From an uncultured Chloroflexia bacterium (lineage in GTDB: Bacteria > Chloroflexota > Anaerolineae > CG2-30-64-16): a DNA stretch of 64,000 nt. Positions 11,406 through 21,641 of this stretch are shown here, one piece after another. A program made the position numbers and the translations under genes. The notes below the pieces were generated by a model. It had not been told where the DNA came from, did not search any database, and saw only the letters and a list, made by a program, of their open reading frames with translations. The DNA is taken from positions 768,001-832,000 of the forward strand of contig CAWEMM010000006.1 in assembly GCA_963810095.1 (NCBI GenBank), in the 5' to 3' direction. Every line of letters starts with the position of its first letter. The first letter of the stretch is position 1.

Positions 11406-11900
11406 ATGAGCGAAGAGGCCGTGCCTGTCACCCCGGAGTCTCCGGTAACGCTGCGCGAGATCACGCGCGAGACGCTGCGCCCCGTTCTGCAGCTGAGCAA
11501 AACCCTCAGCGAGCTGCAACGAACGCATGTTGCCGACAACGCCGTCTCCATCGCGGAGGCCCACTTCGAGCCGCACGCCTGGTTCCGCGGCGTCTATGCC
11601 GGCGAGACGCCGGTGGGGTTCGTCATGCTTTATATCGGTCCCGACGACGAGCAGGAGGGAAACCCGACGGTGTGGTTCCTCTGGCGCTTTATGATCGGGG
11701 GCGCATACCAGAAGATGGGCTTCGGGCGCAAGGCGCTGGAGCCCGTCTTCGAGCTGGTGCGCGAGCAGGGCGGGCAAGAGCTCATCGTGAGCTGCCACCC
11801 GGGGCCGGACGGTCCCGAAGGGTTCTACCGGACCCTTGGCTTCGTGCCGAACGCGAAGTGGTACGACGGGGAGTTGGGGATGGTGCTCCGGCTCGAATAA
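11406..11900 (+). CDS. GNAT N-acetyltransferase (spermidine acetyltransferase-like)
   Basis: VADNAVSIAEAHF, LWRFMIGGAYQKMGFGRKAL, FYRTLGF. Confidence 0.88.
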   Translation: MSEEAVPVTPESPVTLREITRETLRPVLQLSKTLSELQRTHVADNAVSIAEAHFEPHAWFRGVYAGETPVGFVMLYIGPDDEQEGNPTVWFLWRFMIGGAYQKMGFGRKALEPVFELVREQGGQELIVSCHPGPDGPEGFYRTLGFVPNAKWYDGELGMVLRLE

Positions 11901-11977
11901 ACCCCACGCTAAGTGCCCGACGCCCCCAAGACGCCGGGCACGTTCGGCAGAACCCTGTTACAATTGCTCTAGTCCTT

Positions 11978-12031
11978 CTCACACTTCGCTAACACCGCGC
12001 CAACACCCCGCTAACACGCTCGTCCTATACT
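11978..12031 (+). promoter_or_regulatory. clpB promoter: four heptamer direct repeats at 11-bp period plus -10 TATACT
   Basis: CTCACAC 11978, CTAACAC 11989, CCAACAC 12000, CTAACAC 12011; TATACT 12026-12031. Confidence 0.65.
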
Positions 12032-12067
12032 GATCCTGTAACCGAACGAGGACGCGGAGGCACGAGC

Positions 12068-14675
12068 ATGAATTTGAACCGGTATACCCAGCGCGCCCAA
12101 GAGGTCATCATGGCCTCGCAGGAGCTCGCGCAATCTAATAACCATTCCCAGATCGAACCGGAGCACCTGCTGCTGGCCCTCCTGCAGCAGGAAGACGGCG
12201 TCGCGGGCGAGATCTTGCGCCAGGTGGGCGCGGACCCGGCGACCGTCGCAGGACAGTTGGAGGGCGAACTGGCGCGCCGGCCGAAGGCGTACGGCTCGAA
12301 CGTGCAGCCCGGGCTGAGCGGCCAGGCTTCGCGCGTGCTGCAGGACGCGTACGCCGAAGCCAGCCAGATGAAAGACGACTACGTCAGCACCGAGCACATC
12401 CTGCTGGCGCTTGCAGGTTCGAACGGCGGCAACGTCGCCAAGCTGCTCGGCCGCCTGGGCATCACCCGCGACCGCATTCTCGCGGCGCTGACCGCGATTC
12501 GCGGCAACCAGCGGGTGACGAGCCAGAACCCGGAGGCGACGTACAAGGCGCTGGAGAAGTACGGCCGCGACCTGACCCAGGAGGCGCGGCAAGGGCAAGC
12601 TCGACCCGGTCATCGGCCGCGACGAGGAAATCCGCCGGACGATCCAGATCCTGAGCCGGCGCACGAAGAACAACCCCGTGCTCATCGGCGAGCCGGGCGT
12701 GGGCAAGACGGCCATCGTCGAAGGGCTGGCCCAGCGCATCGTGCGGGGTGACGTGCCGGAAGGGCTGAAGGATAAACGCGTCATTGCGCTTGACATGGGT
12801 GCGCTCGTGGCGGGTGCGAAGTACCGCGGCGAGTTCGAGGAGCGGCTCAAGGCCGTGCTGAAGGAAGTGACCGACAGCGCGGGGCAAACCATCCTGTTTA
12901 TCGACGAGCTCCACACGGTAGTCGGCGCGGGCGCGGCCGAGGGCGCGATGGACGCCAGCAACATGCTCAAGCCCATGCTGGCCCGCGGCGAGCTGCACGC
13001 GATCGGCGCGACGACGCTGGACGAGTACCGTAAGCACATCGAGAAGGACCCCGCGCTCGAGCGCCGCTTCCAGCCGGTGCTGGTTGAGGAACCCACCGTC
13101 GAGGATACGATTTCGATCCTGCGCGGGCTGAAGGAACGCTACGAGGTCCATCACAACGTGCGCATCACGGACGGCGCGGTGATCGCGGCCGCGACCCTGT
13201 CGCACCGCTACATCGCGGACCGCTTCTTGCCCGACAAGGCCATCGACCTGATCGACGAGGCCGCGAGCCGGCTGCGGATGGAGATCACGTCGGACCCGGC
13301 CGAGCTGGACGAGATCAAGCGCCGCGCAATGCAACTCGAGATCGAGCGCGAGGCGCTAAAGAAAGAATCGGACGCCGCGTCGAAGAGTCGACTGGAGACG
13401 ATCGAGCGCGAGTTGGCCGACCTGAACGAAGAGCGCAACACGCTCGACGCCCGGCTGAAGGGCGAGCGCGCGGTGATCGAACGGGTGGCGGCCCTCAAGC
13501 AGCAAATGGACGAGACCAAAACCGCAGTGGAGCAGGCGCAGCGGCAGGCGGATTACGGTAAGGCATCCGAGCTCCAGTACGGCAAGCTGGTCGAGCTGGA
13601 GCGGCAGAAGCAGGCCGTCGAAGCGGAACTGGCCCAGATGCAGGGCCGCGGCATGCTACTCAAGGAAGAGGTGGGCGCGGAAGAGGTGGCCGAGGTGGTA
13701 GCCACCTGGACGCACATTCCCGTGTCCAAGCTGCTGGAAGGCGAAATCGAAAAACTGATCAAGATGGAGGACCGGCTGCACGAGCGTGTGATCGGCCAGG
13801 AAGCGGCGCTGAAGGCCGTTGCTGCGGCGGTGCGCCGGGCGCGCGCCGGCCTGCAAGACCCGAACCGGCCCATCGGCTCGTTCATCTTCCTGGGCCCGAC
13901 GGGCGTCGGCAAGACCGAGCTCGCCCGTGCGCTGGCCGAGTTCCTGTTCGACGACGAGAGCGCGATGATCCGCATCGACATGTCGGAGTACCAGGAACGG
14001 CACACGGTCAGCCGGCTGATCGGCGCGCCGCCCGGCTACGTGGGCTACGACGAGGGCGGGCAGCTCACCGAGGCGGTCCGGCGCAAGCCATACAGCGTCG
14101 TGCTGTTCGATGAGATCGAGAAGGCGCACCGGGAGGTGTTCAACACACTGCTGCAGATGCTGGACGACGGCCGGCTGACGGACGGCCACGGCCGAACCGT
14201 AGACTTTACGAACACGGTCGTCATCATGACGTCGAACATCGGCAGCCAGTACATCAACGATCCGAAGCTGACCGACGAGCAGCGGCGGGACCGGGCGATG
14301 GACGCCCTGCGGCAGGCGTTCCCGCCCGAGTTCCTGAACCGGGTGGACGACATCATAGTGTTCCACAGCCTGTCACGCGCCGACCTGGCACAGATCATCC
14401 AGGTGCAGTTGAAGCGGCTGCGCAAGATTCTGGTGGGTCAGGGACTGAACCTGGAGCTGAGCGACGCGGCTGTAGTCTTCCTGGCCGAGAAGGGCTACGA
14501 CCCGACATACGGCGCACGCCCGCTCAAGCGGGCGATCCAGCAGTACGTGCAGGACCCGCTGGCGCTCGCGCTGCTGCAGGGGCAGTTCAAGCGGGGCGAC
14601 ACGATCTTTGCGGACGTGGAGAACGGGCAGATCATCTTCCTGAAGGAGATGGCGAGGGAAAGGGCGGTCGCGTAA
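12068..14675 (+). CDS. clpB: ATP-dependent chaperone ClpB (apparent +1 frameshift ~12593)
   Basis: Clp N-domain, [21 protein letters not shown], coiled-coil M-domain, [18 protein letters not shown]. Confidence 0.95.
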
Positions 14676-14684
14676 TGGGGCAAG

Positions 14685-14729
14685 GCGAGGAGGGACCTGG
14701 TATCCCGCGGGAACCAGGTCCCTCCTCGC
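14685..14729. terminator. Perfect 17-bp hairpin after clpB
   Basis: GCGAGGAGGGACCTGGT / ACCAGGTCCCTCCTCGC; no U-tract. Confidence 0.6.
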
Positions 14730-14879
14730 ATAGTTCCGCAGTTCAGGCCCAACTGCGGGCGTCTTTAACGGTGCCCGTACGATTCTTGAACGCTCCTGTC
14801 GTACAGTGGGGTTGCACCGAGCGGAAGGTGAGCAAGCGAACGACATGCCGCCCGGCGACTCTGCCGAGGAGTTGTCAAG

Positions 14880-15203
14880 ATGAAAAAGGCAAGCAGGCTG
14901 ATACTCTTGTGGGTGGTCGTGGCCGGCGTACTGGCGACATCGTTTGTGGCAGCGGGCGCCGCAGGCGGGGCCGGCGGCCAGTTCTTCTTCGACAGCGGCG
15001 CACACCGCCCGTTGTCAAAGACTACACACGCGACCACCGTGTTCTTCGGCGACAGTGGGGCCTACCGGCCGGTCACGGCGGGAACGCAGGCGGCCGCCGT
15101 GTTTTTCTCGGACAGCGGAGCGCACCGCCCCCTGCCCGGGGCTGCGAGAGCGCCGCTCGCCTTCTATAGCGACAGCGGCGCTTACCGCCTGCACCGTGGA
15201 TAG
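14880..15203 (+). CDS. Small secreted protein with four 20-aa repeats, core F-[FY]-x-D-S-G-A-[HY]-R-[PL]
   Basis: GAGGAG RBS; Sec-type signal MKKASRLILLWVVVAGVLATSFVAAGA; exact 60-nt periodicity with synonymous variation. Confidence 0.8.
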   Translation: MKKASRLILLWVVVAGVLATSFVAAGAAGGAGGQFFFDSGAHRPLSKTTHATTVFFGDSGAYRPVTAGTQAAAVFFSDSGAHRPLPGAARAPLAFYSDSGAYRLHRG

Positions 15204-15218
15204 ACGCCTTCGCCTCAG

Positions 15219-15256
15219 AAAAAAGGGCCTCACCCGCAAATTGGGTGAGGCCCTGT
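15219..15256. terminator. Probable bidirectional terminator
   Basis: AGGGCCTCACCC/GGGTGAGGCCCT stem; A-tract on left gives a U-tract for ilvE. Confidence 0.75.
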
Positions 15257-15286
15257 TGCTATCTGCGTGCCGGATAACAGATCGTG

Positions 15287-16363
15287 CTACGCCCGCGGCT
15301 CAACGCAGTACGTCCACCCGTACGGATCGGGCGCGCGGCCGTACTGGATATCGGTCAGCGCCCCGTACAAGTGCTTGGCCACCGGCCCGCTCTCGTTGTT
15401 GTTGATGATTACCGCATCCTTCTCGTCGCCCAGCTTGCCCACGGGTGCGATGACGGCTGCCGTGCCGATGCCGAACACCTCGGTGATGCGACCCCCGCGG
15501 ATGTCTCGCAGCACCTCGCTGATGTCCAGCTTCTCCTCGCTCACCGTGTAGCCCAGGTCGGGCGCAAGGCGCAGCACGGAGTCCCGCGTGATGCCGGGCA
15601 GGATGCTGCCCGAGAGCGCGGGCGTGGCGATGTGCTTGCCCTCGTAGACGAAGCCGATGTTCATCGCGCCGACCTCCTCCACGTAGCGGTGCTCCACCGC
15701 GTCGAGCCAGCATACCTGCTGGAACCCGAGCGCCCGCACCTGCTCCGCGACATAGAGGCTGGCCGCGTAGTTGCCGCCCGTCTTCGCTTCCCCCGTGCCG
15801 CCCAGCACGGCCCGCACCTTCTCGCGTGACACGTACACCGCCACCGGGTTAAAGCCCGTCGCGAAGTACGGCCCGGTGGGGCCGGCAATGACGAAGTGCA
15901 GATAGCTTTTGCTGGCGTGCACCCCGAGGCCGACGTCGTTGGCGATCATCGTCGGACGGATGTAGAGCGAGGACTCCGGTCCTGCGGGCACGGCTTCGTG
16001 CACCACGCTGACCAGTTCGGCGATGGCTTCCAAGTGGTCTTCCTCGTCGGTGACGGCCATCGCCATCCGCTGCGCCGAGCGATTGAAACGCGCGCAGTTC
16101 TCCCACGGCCGGAACAGGTTGATCTTGCCGTCAGGCCGCCGGTAGGCCTTAAGCCCCTCGAAGATCTCCTGGCCGTAGTGGAAGACCATCGCCGCGGGGT
16201 CCATCATAAACGGCTCGTACGGGCCGATTCGGGCGTCGTGCCAACCCCTCTCAGGGGTGTACTTCTGGCTGAACATGCGATCCGCGAAGTATTTGCCGAA
16301 CGGCAACTGCGCGGGGAACGGTTTCTGCTCGCCTGCTGCGAGCGCTTGAATCTGGATTTGCAC
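15287..16363 (-). CDS. ilvE: Branched-chain amino acid aminotransferase
   Basis: FHYGQEIFEGLKAYR, LYIRP, AKTGGNYAAS, EEVGAMN, ILPGITRDS, GTAAVIAP; GTG start with strong RBS. Confidence 0.93.
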   Translation of the reverse strand: MQIQIQALAAGEQKPFPAQLPFGKYFADRMFSQKYTPERGWHDARIGPYEPFMMDPAAMVFHYGQEIFEGLKAYRRPDGKINLFRPWENCARFNRSAQRMAMAVTDEEDHLEAIAELVSVVHEAVPAGPESSLYIRPTMIANDVGLGVHASKSYLHFVIAGPTGPYFATGFNPVAVYVSREKVRAVLGGTGEAKTGGNYAASLYVAEQVRALGFQQVCWLDAVEHRYVEEVGAMNIGFVYEGKHIATPALSGSILPGITRDSVLRLAPDLGYTVSEEKLDISEVLRDIRGGRITEVFGIGTAAVIAPVGKLGDEKDAVIINNNESGPVAKHLYGALTDIQYGRAPDPYGWTYCVEPRA

Positions 16364-16510
16364 GCTCTCCTCCCCCTTGATGGTGTGCGAGCATGGGAGC
16401 AACCGCTGCGCGCTTGCGCTCGCATATGTCGCAGGCGCATCATACACCGTCCGCGCCTCCGCAACAATTGCGGGCCGCACGACGTTGGAGTAGACGGCGC
16501 GCTGCCGGCC

Positions 16511-16560
16511 AGACCCCGAAGGTTGCGCCACCTGGATGGCGGCCGAAACCTTCGGGGTCT
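16511..16560. repeat. Palindromic repeat, AGACC-C--AGGTT family, copy 2
   Basis: Perfect 14-bp inverted repeat AGACCCCGAAGGTT / AACCTTCGGGGTCT. Confidence 0.7.
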
Positions 16561-16586
16561 CAGGATGCGCATGAGGAGGAAGCGGA

Positions 16587-17840
16587 GTGAAATTGACGAT
16601 AGCTACGGCAGGCTCGCGCGGCGACGTGCAGCCCTACGTCGCGCTTGGCTTGGGTCTGCAAGCCGCCGGACACGAAGTCAAGATCGCGGCGGACCACCAG
16701 TTCGAAGGCTTTGTGACAGGGCATGGGTTGTCGTTCGCGCCGCTTAGCACGGACAGCCGTTCCGCGTTCTCCGACTGCGTCGAACACCGTGACAATCCCG
16801 CGGGCATGCTGCGCTGGCTCAGGGCCCACTACACGCCCGACCGGACCTACTTCGAGGATCTGCTCGCCGCACTGCGCGGCAGCGACGGGGCCCTCGTCGC
16901 ATTTCTCGCGTTCCCCGCCGTCCACGTGGCCGAAGCACTCGGCATACCCTGGCTCGGCGCGTTCCTGCAGCCCTGGACCCCGTCGCGCTCGTTTAGCTGG
17001 GCCCTGCCCATGCAGCTTCCCGGCTGGATTCCCGAGCAGGTGCGTGGGGACATTCACTGGTGGAGCGGACGCTCGGCGAGCGCGCTAATGCTGCGAGCGA
17101 TGCGCGAAGCGGTGGACGAAGGACGGCGGGACGTGCTCGGCTTGCCGCCGACCCGGTTGGACGACTACGTGGCCTTCGGCTCCGACGACACGCCGGTCAT
17201 CTATGGCTACAGCCACCACCTGGTGCCCGAGCAGCCGGCGTGGACGCCGCGCCAGCGGGTAACCGGCTTCTGGTTTCTCGAGGACAACGGCTGGGAACCG
17301 CCGGCGCGGCTGGAGGGATTTCTCGCGGACGGTGAGCCGCCGGTGGTGATCGGCTTCGGCAGCATGGCCGACTGCAACGCCGAGCACACCCTCTCGATCG
17401 TGCTCGCCGCGCTCGACGGACTGGGGCTGCGCGGCATCCTGCTCGGTGGCTGGGCCGGGCTGGGTGAGGGTCAGAATCTGCCTTCTTCTGTTCTCGCGCT
17501 CGACGAAGCACCCCATGACTGGCTGCTGCCGCGGGTCGCGGCCATCGTGCATCACGGAGGCGCCGGTACGACCGCAGCCGCGCTGCGGGGCGGGATAGCC
17601 TCGGTGACCGTGCCCTATTTTGGGGACCAACCCTTTTGGGGGCGACAGGTGCACGCGCTCGGGGCCGCGGCCGCGCCGGTCAAGCGCAGCCGGCTGACAG
17701 CCGAGCGCCTCGTGCGGGCGCTGGGGGAAACGCTGGCGCCCGAAAAGCGCGCTTGCGCGGCCCGGGTCGGCGCTAAGATCAGGGCGGAAGACGGGGTGGG
17801 CCAGGCGGTAGAAGCGGTGGAGGAACTATTAGGATGGTAA
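16587..17840 (+). CDS. GT1 glycosyltransferase (sterol 3-beta-glucosyltransferase-like)
   Basis: GSRGDVQPYVALGLGL; PHDWLLPR..HHGGAGTT; PYFGDQPFWG. Confidence 0.9.
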   Translation: MKLTIATAGSRGDVQPYVALGLGLQAAGHEVKIAADHQFEGFVTGHGLSFAPLSTDSRSAFSDCVEHRDNPAGMLRWLRAHYTPDRTYFEDLLAALRGSDGALVAFLAFPAVHVAEALGIPWLGAFLQPWTPSRSFSWALPMQLPGWIPEQVRGDIHWWSGRSASALMLRAMREAVDEGRRDVLGLPPTRLDDYVAFGSDDTPVIYGYSHHLVPEQPAWTPRQRVTGFWFLEDNGWEPPARLEGFLADGEPPVVIGFGSMADCNAEHTLSIVLAALDGLGLRGILLGGWAGLGEGQNLPSSVLALDEAPHDWLLPRVAAIVHHGGAGTTAAALRGGIASVTVPYFGDQPFWGRQVHALGAAAAPVKRSRLTAERLVRALGETLAPEKRACAARVGAKIRAEDGVGQAVEAVEELLGW

Positions 17841-17855
17841 ACCTTGCGGACTGGG

Positions 17856-17890
17856 AAAACCTCGGAGGCGTGGCAGACCCCCGAGGCTAA
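17856..17890. repeat. Palindromic repeat, AGACC-C--AGGTT family, copy 3
   Basis: AAAACCTCGGAGGCGT-GGC-AGACCCCCGAGGCTAA. Confidence 0.55.
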
Positions 17891-18006
17891 CCCCGGAATT
17901 CCGGACCTAGCCGCCGCCATGGGCGTCCTTCGACTGCGGCTTGCCAGCTTAGCGGGCGCCTCCGCTCAGGATGCCTCCCGTCCATTGGGAATTCCTGCGC
18001 ATCATC

Positions 18007-18498
18007 CTACATTTCCAGTGCGCGCTTCACCTGCTCGACCGCAGCCATCTCCAGGGGATCGACGCGCGTGCCGCCAAATCCGAACGTGGAGCCCTCTTTT
18101 GCGCGTTGGGCAACATACTCGCACATGGCGACAATCGCCAGCTTCACCTCGGCCGCCTGATCGGGCGCGGCCTTCTGCTGCAGCAACTCGGCGGCCTGGC
18201 CGCAGCGGTTGAGCGCTGCCAGCTTGAAGTCGTCGTACGTCTTCTGCGTGGGGTCCTGCCTGAACTGCGGGTACAACCCTTCGGCCTCCATGCGCGTCTC
18301 GTCGCTCACGAGCGCCTGCACGAGTGGGTTGGCCGGATAGCGGGTGGCCGCCTCTTTCAGACCCTCGGTGATGGCCTGAAACTCGTCCCGAGTCCCGCCC
18401 GACCCGCTGTACTTCGTGATCGCAACCGTTGCGCCCGCGAGAACGGCCGCGCGGCGCAGCAGGGTCAGATCGTCGCTCGACAATTCAAGTTCTTGCAT
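18007..18498 (-). CDS. Hypothetical helical protein
   Basis: Open 163-aa ORF with good codon usage; C-terminal VAQRAKEGSTFGFGGTRVDPLE. Confidence 0.7.
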   Translation of the reverse strand: MQELELSSDDLTLLRRAAVLAGATVAITKYSGSGGTRDEFQAITEGLKEAATRYPANPLVQALVSDETRMEAEGLYPQFRQDPTQKTYDDFKLAALNRCGQAAELLQQKAAPDQAAEVKLAIVAMCEYVAQRAKEGSTFGFGGTRVDPLEMAAVEQVKRALEM

Positions 18499-18756
18499 CA
18501 AATCCTCACTGGTAATGAGAAGTGCGTGCCCCGATAGTGGCATCGAGGATTGTATCGAAACGGCGCCCGTAAGCAGGCAGCAATGTTACAAAGCGGTTCA
18601 GCAAGGGCGACGCATGCTCCGTCATTCACACAAAAATTAGAATCATCTTCATACTGCTACAAATGGATGTGCGAATACAGGCAGCGGCGGGCGTGTGGGA
18701 GTATCCTAAGGGCACTGCCGGCAGTAAGATTAACAAGTCGGGGAGGTGCACAGCCT

Positions 18757-19326
18757 ATGATGCAGAATCTGCAAGGCAAGCGCGTTGCGATTCTTGTCGA
18801 GAACGGCTTCGAGCAGGTTGAGATGACCGAACCCCGTAAAGCACTAGAACAGGCAGGCGCACGGACCGAACTGGTCTCGCCGTCTGCGGGCAAAGTCAAG
18901 GGCTGGAATCACACCGAGTGGGGTGACGAGTTCCAGGTAGATGTTCCCCTGGATCGGGCGAACGCCAAGCAGTATGATGCCCTTCTCTTGCCTGGCGGGG
19001 TCATGAATCCCGACAAACTTCGCATGAACGCAACGGCCGTGCAGTTTATCAGGTCGTTTGTTCAGGAGGGGAAGCCGATCGCGGCGATTTGCCACGGCCC
19101 GTGGACCCTCATCGAGGCCGGAGCGGTGCGAGGACGCAAAATGACCTCGTATCCGTCCATTCAGACCGACTTGAAGAATGCAGGCGCCGACTGGGTCGAC
19201 CAGGAAGTCGTCGTCGACCAGGGCTTGGTAACGAGCCGGAACCCGAACGACATTCCGGCGTTCAACCGAAAGATGATCGAGGAATTCGCCGAGGGCATCC
19301 ACCAGAAGCAAGCAGCTTTCCGGTAA
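18757..19326 (+). CDS. PfpI/DJ-1 family protease/glyoxalase
   Basis: VAILVENGFEQVEM, LLLPGGVMNPDKLR, AAICHGPW, VTSRNPND. Confidence 0.93.
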   Translation: MMQNLQGKRVAILVENGFEQVEMTEPRKALEQAGARTELVSPSAGKVKGWNHTEWGDEFQVDVPLDRANAKQYDALLLPGGVMNPDKLRMNATAVQFIRSFVQEGKPIAAICHGPWTLIEAGAVRGRKMTSYPSIQTDLKNAGADWVDQEVVVDQGLVTSRNPNDIPAFNRKMIEEFAEGIHQKQAAFR

Positions 19327-19485
19327 ACAGGAAATCTCTCCGGTAAGAGGATGTCTGCGTTAGTGATGCACGATGCGTCAGTACGAGCGGAGTGCAAGGT
19401 GTGAGCCCGAAGGCTGATGCGGCGATCGTTCCAGCCGGGAGCAGTGTCCAGGCCGGAACGGGGAGCGTATGAAAGACAACACGGT

Positions 19486-19528
19486 GACCTCCTGAGAGGG
19501 CTGCTCAACGGCAGCTTCTCAGGAGGTC
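19486..19528. terminator. Long hairpin between convergent genes
   Basis: GACCTCCTGAGAGGGCTGC / GCAGCTTCTCAGGAGGTC. Confidence 0.6.
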
Positions 19529-19544
19529 TTGCGTTTAAGAGCCG

Positions 19545-20877
19545 TCAGGGCACGTTCACGACGGCGGTCATGTTCCACAGCAGCCGCGGGTCGGGGTTCT
19601 GCAGCTTGACGATCGCCGTGTAGGTCATATCGCCCAACTTCTTCTCGCCCTTTGGCTGCACCCGCTCCACAGTGCCCTTCAGTTCGAGGCCCGGCACGGC
19701 GTCGAACGTGATCCGCACGTCCTGGCCCGGCTGCACTCGGACGACATCCAGCTCGCTCAGGTCGTCGGTTTCCACCTGGAACCCGCTCAGGTCGCCCACC
19801 TCGGCCACCGGCGCACCGGGCGTCACCTGTTCTCCCTGCCGCACGTTCAAGACGGCAAGAGTGCCGCCAAAAGGCGCTCGCAGCTCAGTGTCGTTCAGCG
19901 CCGCCTGTGCCTGGCGCAGGCCGGCTTCGGCCTGGGTCACCGCGGCGTCCGCGGCCGCGATTTCCTGCCGGCGTGCGCCGGCCTTCAGCAGGTCCACTTG
20001 TGCCTGGGCCTGGCGAACGGCGGCTTGCGCACCAGCCAGCTCGGCCGCGGTCGCCGGATCCATCGCCTTATCCGAGCCCTGCCTGCGCCTGCTTGACGGC
20101 AGCGCTTGCCTGGGCCACCTGGTCCGGCTTGGGGGGCGCATTCACCTCGTCCCAGCGCGCCTTGGCGGCGTTGTATGCGTTGGTGGCTTGCTCCAACTGA
20201 AGGCTCTGCGGCAGCATGGCTACGGTGGGCTGATCCTTGACCCTGTCGTACGCGGCCTGGGCATTCCGGAGCGCAGCCTCGGCATTCGCCAGGTCGGCCT
20301 GCACCGAGATCTTGGTGTTCTCGTCCGCACCCTTATAGACCCGGGCGTATGCTGCCTGCGCCGCCTGGAGGCTGGCACGAGCCGCCGCCAGGTCGCCCTG
20401 CCGGCTGCCTTCCTGCAGCCGCGCTACGCCGGCCTTAGCCGCATCCAGCCCCGCCTCCGCGGCCGCGATCTGCTCGGCCCGCGCGCCGGCCTTAAGCGTA
20501 TCCAGCTGCGCCCGCGCGGCCGCCACCGCGCCCTCGGCCTCTGCGACCGCGGCCTGCTGCCGCTCGTTGCGCAGCCGCAAGATGACCTGGCCCGCGCTGA
20601 CCGGCTGGCCCTCCTGCACCAGGATCTCAGAGACGATCCCGCCTGCCGCCATGCTTAAGGCCGCATGCTGAACGGGCGCCAGGATGCCCTTGGCCACGAT
20701 CGCGCGGCTTTCTGCCGCTGCCGCGGCCTGCGCCTCCGGCGCAGTGGTGGCGGCTGCCGCGGGGGCCGGCGCTTGAGCCGCGCGGTCCTGAGCCAGGACG
20801 GCCACGGCGCCCAAGGTCAAGCCGGCGATCACCAGAACGGCCACGACGGCCACGGCTATCTTGCGATGCTTCTTCAT
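19545..20877 (-). CDS. HlyD/RND-type adaptor subunit (apparent frameshift ~20075)
   Basis: Signal/TM, lipoyl halves GGIVSEILVQEGQPV and LRAPFGGT, long Ala/Gln coiled coil. Confidence 0.88.
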
Positions 20878-20918
20878 AACGTACTCCTTAGCGCGCGGGA
20901 GAGCAACAGGACCCAACC

Positions 20919-21641
20919 CTACCCGCGGCGCACGATTTCATCCACAATCAGGCCATCGGCCAGCACCACCGTGCGTGATGCACGTTCAGCCAATTCGTCG
21001 TCATGGGTGACCATGACGATCGTCTTGCCGGCAGCGGCCAGGCTCTCGAACAGCGTGAAGACCGTCTCCGCCGACTGCGTGTCGAGGTTGCCGGTGGGCT
21101 CGTCTGCCACGACAATTGCCGGGTCGTTTGCCAGCGCCCGTGCGATGGCCGCACGCTGCTGCTGCCCGCCCGAAACCGTTGCCGGGAACTTGTGCCCGTC
21201 TTGGGCCAGCCCCACTTGCTCGAGCAGGTGGAACGCCCGGTCGTAGCGCTCGCTGGGGCGGTACAGCCGGGCCAGGTCCATGGGCAGCATAACGTTCTCG
21301 GCGATGGTCAGGGTTGGCAGCAGCTGGAAGAACTGGAACACGATGCCCATCGTTCGCCCGCGCCACTCGGCCATCTGCCCTTCGTTAAGCTGGCGCACGC
21401 GGCAGCCCGCCACCACGATTTCGCCGTCAGTCGGGTGATCGATCCCGGTGAACATGTTGATCAGGGTCGACTTGCCGCTGCCCGACTTGCCCACCACCGC
21501 AATGAACTCGCCCGGGGCCACTTGCAGATCGATGCCCTTGAGCGCCGGGAAGGGACCCACCGGGGTCTGGTAGACCTTCGTCAGGCCGCGCAGGTCGATC
21601 ATGGGGGTCGACGAATCACGGGCTGGCCCACGGTCGATCAT
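20919..21641 (-). CDS. ABC transporter ATP-binding protein (MacB/LolD type)
   Basis: [27 protein letters not shown]. Confidence 0.93.
   Translation of the reverse strand: MIDRGPARDSSTPMIDLRGLTKVYQTPVGPFPALKGIDLQVAPGEFIAVVGKSGSGKSTLINMFTGIDHPTDGEIVVAGCRVRQLNEGQMAEWRGRTMGIVFQFFQLLPTLTIAENVMLPMDLARLYRPSERYDRAFHLLEQVGLAQDGHKFPATVSGGQQQRAAIARALANDPAIVVADEPTGNLDTQSAETVFTLFESLAAAGKTIVMVTHDDELAERASRTVVLADGLIVDEIVRRG

Noticed and set aside
12580-12610. Programmed frameshift in clpB
   Set aside because: No slippery heptamer or stimulatory structure is evident; it is one of many single-base indels in the window.
14981-15191. ~30-nt repeats with ~30-nt unique spacers resembling a mini CRISPR array
   Set aside because: The repeats vary at synonymous codon positions, are in frame within a signal-peptide ORF, and no cas genes are present.
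17856-17895. AACCTCGGAGGCGT / GCTAACCCCGG resembling the 3' end of a c-di-AMP riboswitch
   Set aside because: The 5' motifs are absent, it lies between convergent gene ends, and it is explained by the AGACC repeat family.
19410-19480. CTGATG...GAAA resembling a hammerhead ribozyme core
   Set aside because: The core reads CUGAUGC rather than CUGAnGA, and convincing stems are lacking.
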